DNA of 64,000 nt from Candidatus Eiseniibacteriota bacterium (GTDB taxonomy: Bacteria; Eisenbacteria; RBG-16-71-46; CAIMUX01; JAHJDP01), in the NCBI GenBank assembly GCA_018831195.1, contig JAHJDP010000032.1, positions 159,094 through 223,093 on the forward strand, written 5' to 3'. The translations under genes were made by a program, and so were the position numbers. Numbering within the stretch: the stretch's first letter is position 1; the number at the start of each line of letters is the position of its first letter. A model generated the notes under the pieces. It saw only the letters and a program-made list of their open reading frames with translations, was not told the origin of the DNA and did no database searches. Of this stretch, positions 48,002-55,678 are shown one piece after another.

Positions 48002-48868
48002 GTGGCCGTCTATGAAACATTCTACGGGTTGACGGAAAACCCATTTAACATTACTCCAGATCCCCGCTTTCTGTTTTTGACTCCTTCGCACCGCGCCGCG
48101 TTGAACTACCTTGAGTACGGTGTTGAGGAGCGCAAGGGATTTCTTGTTGTTACGGGAGAGGTCGGTGTGGGCAAAACCCTGCTGATCAGGACACTGCTTC
48201 AACGGGTTGATTCCCGAACCGAAACCGCCTTGGTTATGAATGCCCGCTTAACATTTAAGGAGCTCATGATCCTCGCTGTCCGTGATTGGAATCTCCCTGT
48301 GCAGGGACAGACAAAATTGGATTTATTGATCGCCCTTCAAGAATATCTCGTCGATGTGAAAAATCACGGCGGGAATGTTCTGTTGATCATTGATGAGGCG
48401 CAAAACCTATCGGCCGAGTCTTTGGAGGAATTCCGGCTGCTCAGCAATATGGAAACGAGCACGCAGAAACTGCTGCAGATTGTTCTGGCAGGGCAGCCTG
48501 AATTGAAAGTGATCTTGAACCAGCACGGCCTTCGGCAGCTGCGTCAAAGAATCCCGGGAATCTGTGATATTAAAAGTCTCGACCCGGATGATGTCGGTGA
48601 TTATGTGAGGCATCGGCAGAGTGTCGCGGGTCTATGTGCGCCCAATGATTGGATTTTTGACGAAGCTGCCATCGACGAGATCTATCGCAACACCGAGGGT
48701 ATCCCGCGATCGATCAATCAATTATGCGATCGTGCCCTCCTCTTGGGATATCAACGGAACATGAAGGTTTTGGGATCCCGGGAAATTATCGACGCGATGG
48801 ATGCCTTGAAGTCCGGGGATGTTCATTGGACTCCCGCGCGGCGGGGCGGCAAAGGGTTCATCGAATGA
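48002..48868 (+). CDS. ExeA/GspA-like AAA ATPase (PEP-CTERM-locus 'secretion ATPase' type)
   Basis: Walker A GEVGVGKTLL and Walker B/DEAQ box LLIIDEAQNL, with ExeA-like overall similarity. GTG start overlaps the upstream stop. Confidence 0.7.
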   Translation: MAVYETFYGLTENPFNITPDPRFLFLTPSHRAALNYLEYGVEERKGFLVVTGEVGVGKTLLIRTLLQRVDSRTETALVMNARLTFKELMILAVRDWNLPVQGQTKLDLLIALQEYLVDVKNHGGNVLLIIDEAQNLSAESLEEFRLLSNMETSTQKLLQIVLAGQPELKVILNQHGLRQLRQRIPGICDIKSLDPDDVGDYVRHRQSVAGLCAPNDWIFDEAAIDEIYRNTEGIPRSINQLCDRALLLGYQRNMKVLGSREIIDAMDALKSGDVHWTPARRGGKGFIE

Positions 48869-49602
48869 GCCGGATCCATGACAGTCTCACAGGACCAAGA
48901 TCAGGTGATCCCAGGGGTCCGGGTCCCTTTCAAACAATCCATACGATTGAAACCGGAATGGACAAGGTTCCGGATTTTCGCCTGCTGCATGAAATGGAGC
49001 AGCTTCAGGCGGCCCTTGGTGTCGCGATGGCGCCAGAAAGCAGGCGCGTTCTCGCCTTTCTGGGCGCTGTTGTCGGTGAAGGTGTTACGACCCTGGCTCT
49101 TCACTACTCGCTCTATCTGGCCCGATCGGCCGATCACAATGTTCTGCTGGTCGACTCCGATCTCGCTCACTCCAGCTATAGTCTGAGCGACGGCGTAGGC
49201 AAAAACCCGGGTCTTGCAGATATACTTCGTGGGGAGGTGGAACCCGGCAACGCCGTTTTGGGAACAGAAGAACCGAAGCTGCACTTTCTTTGTTCAGGCA
49301 ATGATATTGCAGGGCATACCGATCTTTTGAATTCACCTCGTTTTGGAATGCTGATGGCGGATCTTGGACGACGTTATCATACCGTTGTTCTCGACGGTCC
49401 ACCGGTGCTCGCCCATCCTGAATCGACGATCATTGGAGCAGCCGTAGATGGAGTCATTTTTGTCATCCAGCACCGGCGCACACGGAGAGAAGTTATACAA
49501 AAGGCGATCCATACCTTGAGGGGGGCGAAGTGCCAGCTCCTTGGCACGGTTCTCAACAGAAGAGTGCACGATATCCCCAACTTCATCTATCAGAGGATTT
49601 AA
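48865..49602 (+). CDS. BY-kinase (CapB/Wzc C-terminal domain)-like protein with a degenerate Walker A, a candidate pseudokinase
   Basis: FLGAVVGEGVTTLALHYSLYLA…LLVDSDLA…VVLDGPPV aligns with BY-kinase Walker A, A' and B motifs. However the invariant P-loop Lys is replaced by Val (GEGVTT, codon GTT), and there is no C-terminal Tyr cluster. ATGA overlap with the ATPase gene. Confidence 0.65.
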   Translation: MSRIHDSLTGPRSGDPRGPGPFQTIHTIETGMDKVPDFRLLHEMEQLQAALGVAMAPESRRVLAFLGAVVGEGVTTLALHYSLYLARSADHNVLLVDSDLAHSSYSLSDGVGKNPGLADILRGEVEPGNAVLGTEEPKLHFLCSGNDIAGHTDLLNSPRFGMLMADLGRRYHTVVLDGPPVLAHPESTIIGAAVDGVIFVIQHRRTRREVIQKAIHTLRGAKCQLLGTVLNRRVHDIPNFIYQRI

Positions 49603-49608
49603 CCCTCC

Positions 49609-50868
49609 GTGGCCGGAAGGATGAAGGACACAATGAACCGGCCAGATCACTTTGAACTGCCCGCCGTTCCCTTTGCGCAGCATCCGGAATTCGAAAGGGC
49701 CCTTCGGCGGCTAATGGAATGGACGATCCCGGCCCTCCTGAAGAGGAGTTCCGAAGTCCTGCCACAAGCGCTCTTCCTTTCCGGCACGGCCGCCTGGGGT
49801 GAGATGTCGGGCGTGCCGTGTTCCAACGGCCTATGGCTCCCTCTTTCCGATATCGATCTCTCCCTGGTCGTGAAACACCGGACCCCTGAATTGAAGGGTA
49901 TTCTCGAACACGATCTGCAACAGAACTTCAGAGAGAGGGGAAGGGCCACGGGCCTTAGCGCCTCTCCCGTCACTATTGGCACCTACGATATAAAAAAGCT
50001 TCGCCTTCAAGCCCCGACACTTGGCGTTGCGGAGATGCGACGGGCCGGGTGCTGTCTCTGGGGCGATGCTAAGCTCCTGTACCGCTTCCCCGACCCTGAA
50101 AGGGATGGACTGCGCCGCTGGGAGATCATCCGCCTGCTTTTTAACCGTTCTATGGAATTGGTGGAAGCCTGTGCCGCCGCGGATAAGGCCGCGGCGACAG
50201 GCGACGAGGAAGCGGCCTGGAAGCGTGGGTATCTGACCGCGAAGATGAGTTCTGATCTCGGAACCATTTTATTGGCCATGGAGGGGCGTTTGCTCTGGGG
50301 GATGGCGAACCGGCTATCTGTTTTGGATGACTGGGTTTCAGAAGGTCTGCTGCCGAAGGCGCTTGGTGATTTTCTAAAAGAATCGGTGCGATGTCGGCAA
50401 GATCCAACCTCCCTGCAACCGGAGAGAAAGACATCCTGGGATAGATTGGAACCCCTTGCGGACATGCTGGGCTGGTTGCATTGGACCTGGGATCGGATTT
50501 TGGATAAGTATAATCTGACAGAGCGCCCCTTCCCGCATACGGTCCTCCGGTGGGAGGAAGGCGGTCTTAGGGATCGCTTCCGGCAATTGCGCCAAATTCT
50601 GACGACTCCCCAGGAAAGGGGAAAGCTTCGCAGCTTGGCGAACTGGTGGGGAATGCGTCCGGCGGCTTGCTTCCGAAGCTCTTTGGGCTCGACTTGTCTC
50701 ATGTATCTTCTCCTACTGGACCCGGGGAGGGAGCAGTGGAGCCTCTCCGCCCGCGAGCACCTGGGCGGGCTTTCCCCCTGGGTGGACGGAAGAAGTAGAG
50801 AGGCGCCGCGTTCCGCGCTTCAAGAGCTGGGGCGATGGATAGTCTGGATGCGGGGGATTGAAGGTTAA
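49609..50868 (+). CDS. hypothetical protein with a minimal nucleotidyltransferase-fold signature
   Basis: LSGTAAWGEMSG…LSDIDLSLVV fits the h[GS]x(n)DhDh pattern of Pol-beta-type nucleotidyltransferases. Trp-rich C-terminal half. The start is uncertain: GTG at 49609, or ATG at 49621 or 49633. Confidence 0.4.
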   Translation: MAGRMKDTMNRPDHFELPAVPFAQHPEFERALRRLMEWTIPALLKRSSEVLPQALFLSGTAAWGEMSGVPCSNGLWLPLSDIDLSLVVKHRTPELKGILEHDLQQNFRERGRATGLSASPVTIGTYDIKKLRLQAPTLGVAEMRRAGCCLWGDAKLLYRFPDPERDGLRRWEIIRLLFNRSMELVEACAAADKAAATGDEEAAWKRGYLTAKMSSDLGTILLAMEGRLLWGMANRLSVLDDWVSEGLLPKALGDFLKESVRCRQDPTSLQPERKTSWDRLEPLADMLGWLHWTWDRILDKYNLTERPFPHTVLRWEEGGLRDRFRQLRQILTTPQERGKLRSLANWWGMRPAACFRSSLGSTCLMYLLLLDPGREQWSLSAREHLGGLSPWVDGRSREAPRSALQELGRWIVWMRGIEG

Positions 50869-50890
50869 ACAATATGAGCGAGGAGCGAGT

Positions 50891-52045
50891 GTGAAGGGAG
50901 AACGACTGGTTCTGATTATCCTGATCGACGCATTGGGATATCGGATCGTTAAAGAAACAAAGTTCCTCGATGGATTTGTGAAACCTGCGAATCCCATCCG
51001 GACCATTTTCGGCTATTCAAGCGCGGCGATCCCCAGCCTGTTGACCGGCGCCCTCCCGGAAGCCCACGGCCACTTTTCCATGTATCTCCGTGACCCGGAA
51101 AACTCCCCGTTGAAAAAAGACCGGTGGATAATCCGCCTTTTCGGCGAATGGATGAAGAGACCCTGGTTCCTCAAAAAAAGACTGACGCCGCGCCTGATCC
51201 GTCGGGGGATTACCGGTTATTTCAGTCTCTACGAAATTCCCTCCGAACTTCTGTCGGAATGGGATCTCTGCCAGAAGCGTTCGCTGTTCAAGCCGGGCGG
51301 CATTCCCGGATTTCCAACCGTCATTGATGAATTGGCCGAACGCCGCACGCCACACAGGATTTGGGATTGGAGCGTGCCTGAAGAGCGGGCATTGCCGGAG
51401 CTGCGCCGCGAGGTTTCCCAGGGAAAACTGCCATTCCTCTTTTTCTATACGCCGGGATTGGACAGTATTATGCACATGTATGGGACGCGGACTGAAGTTG
51501 TACAAAAAGCGCTTCGGAATTGGGATACAACGATTCGTGAACTCGTTGCGGAGGGGGAGAAGCATTACCGCGAAGTTCGTCTCTTTGTGTTCGGCGATCA
51601 CGGGATGGCGGATGTAGCTGACGCCCATGATTTGTGGGCTCGATTGCCGGTGATCGGGCCGCCAAAGAAACGGGGGACGCTCTACTTCCTCGATTCCACC
51701 ATGGCTCGGTTTTGGTTTGACTCTGATGCCGAGAGACGGCGGACGGTGGAAATCCTTTCAGAAGAAGGGTTCGGGCGCTGCCTATCCATCGAGGAGGAAA
51801 AGTCTCTGGGGGTTCATTTTCCCGACGGCCGGTATGGGGAGTTGACCTATTTGGCCGATGCGGGGCAACTCATCGTGCCCAGTTTCATGGGCTGGGAGAA
51901 GATCGCGGGAATGCACGGGTATCATCCGGATGATGTCGATTCGGATACGACCCTGCTGACGAATACAAATGTGGACCATCCGGCGGATATTCGGGGATTT
52001 TCCGACCTGTTGAAGAGAGAGGCGCTGGCCTTCTCAAGGGGATAG
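50891..52045 (+). CDS. alkaline-phosphatase-superfamily protein (type I phosphodiesterase / nucleotide pyrophosphatase-like)
   Basis: LVLIILIDALGY…SSAAIPSLLTGALPEAHGH…VFGDHGM are core metal-ligand motifs of the AlkP superfamily. GTG at 50891 follows GAGGAG. No TM segment. Confidence 0.65.
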   Translation: MKGERLVLIILIDALGYRIVKETKFLDGFVKPANPIRTIFGYSSAAIPSLLTGALPEAHGHFSMYLRDPENSPLKKDRWIIRLFGEWMKRPWFLKKRLTPRLIRRGITGYFSLYEIPSELLSEWDLCQKRSLFKPGGIPGFPTVIDELAERRTPHRIWDWSVPEERALPELRREVSQGKLPFLFFYTPGLDSIMHMYGTRTEVVQKALRNWDTTIRELVAEGEKHYREVRLFVFGDHGMADVADAHDLWARLPVIGPPKKRGTLYFLDSTMARFWFDSDAERRRTVEILSEEGFGRCLSIEEEKSLGVHFPDGRYGELTYLADAGQLIVPSFMGWEKIAGMHGYHPDDVDSDTTLLTNTNVDHPADIRGFSDLLKREALAFSRG

Positions 52046-52050
52046 GATTG

Positions 52051-53064
52051 ATGAAACGGAAACTCCTCTTCGGATCTATATTAAGCCTTCTCTTTCTATA
52101 TTTGGCCTTCCGCAAATCGGACTTTGCCCAGATCATTGAGCATATCCGAAACACGCGCATGATCTATCTCCTCCCGGGAGTCATCCTGACACTTCTCAGT
52201 TATTTTGTTCGAGCCGTCAGGTGGCGTTATCTCCTGGCTTCGGTGAAAACCATTTCATTAAGTCCTCTCTTTAAATCCACCATGATCGGTTTCATGGCCA
52301 ACAACCTCCTTCCGGCGCGACTGGGGGAGCTGGTGAGGGCGCATACCATCGGGACATGGGAGGGCATCTCCCGATCTTCGGCCCTGGCGACCATCGCCAT
52401 GGAACGTGTCTTTGATCTCTATACCATGTTGGTGCTTTTCGGCGTGATATCGATCTTTCTCCCATTGACGCCGGCGGTCCAGAAATTGGGCATGATCGGC
52501 CTGCTCTTCGGCCTCCTTGTTCTGGGTCTCTTTATCCTGCTGCTGCGCGCCGGTCCCAAGACGATCCAGCTTTTTGGCCGGTATATCCCCTCCCGATTCA
52601 GGGAACGCGGAATCGGTCTTCTCTGTGCTTTTCAGGAGGGTCTAGGAGTCCTCAAAAAGGGACGACAATTACTATGGGCCTCCATGTTATCGGTGCTGAT
52701 GTGGGGGTTCATCGTCGGTGTCATCTATCTTTGTTTCACGGCAACCGAGATAGAGGTTGATGGGAAACCCTTGCCGGTATCAGCGGCGGTGGTCGTCCTG
52801 GTTGTCATGGCGATCGGACTAATGGTGCCCTCGGGCCCTGGATTTATCGGATCTCTTCAGCTAGCAGCGAAACTCGGTCTCAGGGTTTTTGGAGTGGAGG
52901 ACAATATGGCGCTATCCTTCGCCATCGTCTATCACGCCACTCAATGGGTTCCGGTCACTTTGGTCGGGCTGATATTTCTCATCCATGCGAATCTCTCGCT
53001 CAAAGAGATCAGCCGGACATCGACCGGTGATAAGGGTCGCGATCCGACGGGGGCCGGGTTATGA
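52051..53064 (+). CDS. UPF0104 / lysylphosphatidylglycerol-synthase-TM-region family membrane protein (flippase-like)
   Basis: Multi-TM protein with RAVRWRYLL…MIGFMANNLLPARLGELVRAH, typical of the UPF0104 family. Confidence 0.6.
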   Translation: MKRKLLFGSILSLLFLYLAFRKSDFAQIIEHIRNTRMIYLLPGVILTLLSYFVRAVRWRYLLASVKTISLSPLFKSTMIGFMANNLLPARLGELVRAHTIGTWEGISRSSALATIAMERVFDLYTMLVLFGVISIFLPLTPAVQKLGMIGLLFGLLVLGLFILLLRAGPKTIQLFGRYIPSRFRERGIGLLCAFQEGLGVLKKGRQLLWASMLSVLMWGFIVGVIYLCFTATEIEVDGKPLPVSAAVVVLVVMAIGLMVPSGPGFIGSLQLAAKLGLRVFGVEDNMALSFAIVYHATQWVPVTLVGLIFLIHANLSLKEISRTSTGDKGRDPTGAGL

Positions 53065-54554
53065 ACCGGCTCGCACGCCCGGCTCCATTCCGACAGCGCG
53101 TGAGGAGGTTATTCTTTCCACCCGGCCCGCCCCAGCGGTTTCAAGAGCTTATTATTTCGCGCGGCGTGGTCATTCTCGCGGCCGCGGTCGTCGGGTTGAT
53201 TCTCGGTATCCAATGGTTTCAAGTTAATCCCCGTATTGTCAAAACACTTATCGGATTAATAGTCTTCTTTGTTTTTGTACGTTTCCCCGTCTATATGGGT
53301 GTCGGCGCTTTCCTATTGCTATATCCATATCCTACCGCTATCGCGTTGGGAAATACGAACTTTGTATTTGCTATTCTCTTTACCATGGTTTGGATTGTAA
53401 AAGTTGGTTTGGGATTGGAGCCGCGACCGCAGGGATCCCTTGTCGGCAAACCCATCTTTTTTCTTTTGGTGGCGCATGCCCTGTCGCTGATCGTGCTGCC
53501 TGAGTGGATGGATTTCAAAGAGACCTTTGCGTTTCAACAATTCCTGCTGGCCGCCGTGCTGATGTACACGGTGATGACGAATACCGTTACGACGCCGAAG
53601 CGTCTTCACTATATATTTCACATGCTTACTATCGGATCGATTATTGTTAATGTGCAATCGGTTCTTCAGTTTATTGCGCCGACCCTCCGGATTATCCCCG
53701 AATGGTATTATTCCTCCCCGGCTTTGGGCGCGGCGGTGGAGTTCGGAGGGCGTGTCGGTGGTGTTTTTCGTTCGCATCCTCTTCTGGCGGACTCGGCGGC
53801 GATGATGATCCTGCTGCAGCTCTTTATGGCCAGCCGCTGCGCCGGCAAACCATGGCAGCGTCTGTACCATTTTGGCGTCATCGGCCTGGCCATCATCACC
53901 CTTTTCATCACGGTGAACCGCGGAGGAATGGTCATTCTTGTGCTGGGATTGGCTATCATCGGATGGCACCTGCGCCGGGAACTGAAGTTCTCGCGGATCG
54001 CCATTGCCGCATCGGCGCTGGTGCTTGTCTTTATCATTGCGGAAGCGGTGACCAGCGGCCGGTATGAGCAGGAAGTCACCATGTTTTCCCGTCTTGCCGG
54101 CACCCGCTTTGAGTCGTTAATGCCTGAAAACAGAGCCGTCGTCTGGATCGCCTACTGGGCCTGGATTCTCGAATCTCCGTTTATCGGACATGGGCCCCGG
54201 ATCGATACCACCGTCCTTGGATTCTGGCCTCACAACGCCTATCTCTTTTATGCCTACACGGTCGGTTTCCTGGGAATGTCCATATTTCTTTTTATCATTC
54301 TGAAGAGCATTATAAAAACTCGACCCCGGGGCAGGGTCTCATGGACCAGGGGGTCATATGTCAAAGGAGCTTTACTCCTGGTTCATGTGATGCTTATCCA
54401 ATTTGCCGTCGGTCAGCTCCGAACCGACCACCAGCGAGGAAATGTTTTTATCTACTTGACCTACAGTCTGTTAGCGCAGGCCTCGATTGTCTATCGTCTT
54501 TCTGAAAAGGAAGACAAGCGTCGGCGCTCATTGACACGTAACCGCCAGGTATGA
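53061..54554 (+). CDS. O-antigen ligase / Wzy-type polymerase family membrane protein
   Basis: About 12 TM helices. The Wzy_C-like motif FIGHGP…HNAYLFYAYTVGFLG matches H-N-x-Y-L…G-x-x-G. ATGA overlap with the upstream gene. Confidence 0.65.
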   Translation: MNRLARPAPFRQRVRRLFFPPGPPQRFQELIISRGVVILAAAVVGLILGIQWFQVNPRIVKTLIGLIVFFVFVRFPVYMGVGAFLLLYPYPTAIALGNTNFVFAILFTMVWIVKVGLGLEPRPQGSLVGKPIFFLLVAHALSLIVLPEWMDFKETFAFQQFLLAAVLMYTVMTNTVTTPKRLHYIFHMLTIGSIIVNVQSVLQFIAPTLRIIPEWYYSSPALGAAVEFGGRVGGVFRSHPLLADSAAMMILLQLFMASRCAGKPWQRLYHFGVIGLAIITLFITVNRGGMVILVLGLAIIGWHLRRELKFSRIAIAASALVLVFIIAEAVTSGRYEQEVTMFSRLAGTRFESLMPENRAVVWIAYWAWILESPFIGHGPRIDTTVLGFWPHNAYLFYAYTVGFLGMSIFLFIILKSIIKTRPRGRVSWTRGSYVKGALLLVHVMLIQFAVGQLRTDHQRGNVFIYLTYSLLAQASIVYRLSEKEDKRRRSLTRNRQV

Positions 54555-54572
54555 TATGATTTTAGACGGATC

Positions 54573-54603
54573 GATAGACGCCGATAGATAGACATAGATA
54601 GCT
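54573..54603 (+). repeat. short degenerate GATAGA/GATA microsatellite-like tract
   Basis: gatagacgccgatagatagacatagatagc contains five or more GATAG/ATAGA units. It lies in the 432-bp intergenic region. Confidence 0.5.
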
Positions 54604-54641
54604 GGACAAGGAGGTATGGACGCGACTCGTTGCTAATGAGG

Positions 54642-54672
54642 GATCCTCCGCTTCGAGCGGAGATCTTTATGG
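54642..54672 (+). terminator. candidate terminator hairpin downstream of the Wzy-like gene
   Basis: GATCCTCCGC-ttcga-GCGGAGATC is a near-perfect inverted repeat, followed by TTTATGG. Confidence 0.3.
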
Positions 54673-54986
54673 ATGAAGTATGGAAGTGACCGGGGCGTTG
54701 AAAACGAACGACCCCTGGACGGGTAGGAACAGCAACGAGCCCTCATGTGGCGGCACGTCCGGTTCGCCTGGGGGATACATCAAGGGTTTACCCTGTGGAC
54801 AAGATGACTCCGGCGGAAACGGGCATGGAAAATATCTCTACGGAGAGGGCTTCCCGACCTCCCCGAATAAAGTCCTCGAAGAACGGAACAGCACGCCCCG
54901 CGAAGAAGGTTCCGCGGGATGCATTGTCTGTTCCCTGTTCTATTCCCAAACCACGCCGGGCGAAATCGTGGCATCGCCGCTGTTAT

Positions 54987-55583
54987 ATGGCATTCGGCAA
55001 ACGCCTCTTTGATCTCGTCATTACTATACCCGCCATTATCATCCTCCTTCCCCTCTTTCTTGTTCTCGCCATTCTCATCCGGGTCGATACGCCGGGCCCT
55101 GTGATCTACACAAGCCGCAGGGTTGGAGAGGGAGGAAGGATCTTCAACTTCTTCAAGTTTCGCTCAATGGTTGTCGGCGCGGAAGGTTATCGAGATCGAC
55201 TTCAAGAGCTCAATGAGGTGGATGGCCCCGTTTTCAAGATCGCCAATGATCCCCGCACGACCCGTTTCGGCCGCTTTCTCAGGCGCACCAGCTTAGATGA
55301 GCTGCCCCAGATGTTCAATGTCCTGCTGGGCGATATGACCCTCGTAGGCCCGCGTCCACCTATTCCGGATGAAGTTGTTCAGTATTTGCCCTGGCAGCGG
55401 GCCCGGCTCAGTGTCAGGCCGGGTATAACCTGTCTCTGGCAAATCAGTGGAAGGAGCCAATTGGGTTTTGATGAGTGGATGCGTCTGGATCTGAAGTATG
55501 TAGAAGGGATCAGCCTCGGGTTGGATATAAAGATCCTTCTCCAAACCATACCAGCCGTTCTCTCGAGAGAAGGCGCCTACTGA
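54987..55583 (+). CDS. polyprenyl-phosphate sugar phosphotransferase (bacterial sugar transferase, WbaP/EpsL C-terminal domain type)
   Basis: MAFGKRLFDLVITIPAIIILLPLF…RVGEGGRIFNFFKFRSM…DELPQMFNVLLGDMTLVGPRP are family-defining motifs. I chose the ATG at 54987; the upstream ORF extension has no homology. Confidence 0.85.
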   Translation: MAFGKRLFDLVITIPAIIILLPLFLVLAILIRVDTPGPVIYTSRRVGEGGRIFNFFKFRSMVVGAEGYRDRLQELNEVDGPVFKIANDPRTTRFGRFLRRTSLDELPQMFNVLLGDMTLVGPRPPIPDEVVQYLPWQRARLSVRPGITCLWQISGRSQLGFDEWMRLDLKYVEGISLGLDIKILLQTIPAVLSREGAY

Positions 55584-55678
55584 TTTTCGAGGTGGTTTGG
55601 ACGGATTGGAGAAGCGAATTTGTATATCACGGCAATAATCGCGGCAACGAAGTGAGCCATCAGGGGGAGTCACGTATT

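Noticed and set aside
54680-55012. 110-aa ORF, plus the 80-codon N-terminal extension of the sugar transferase ORF (54747..54986), in the long intergenic gap
   Set aside because: No Shine-Dalgarno and Gly/Pro/Ser-rich composition. The sugar transferase family N-terminus (MAFGKRLFDL…) begins at 54987.
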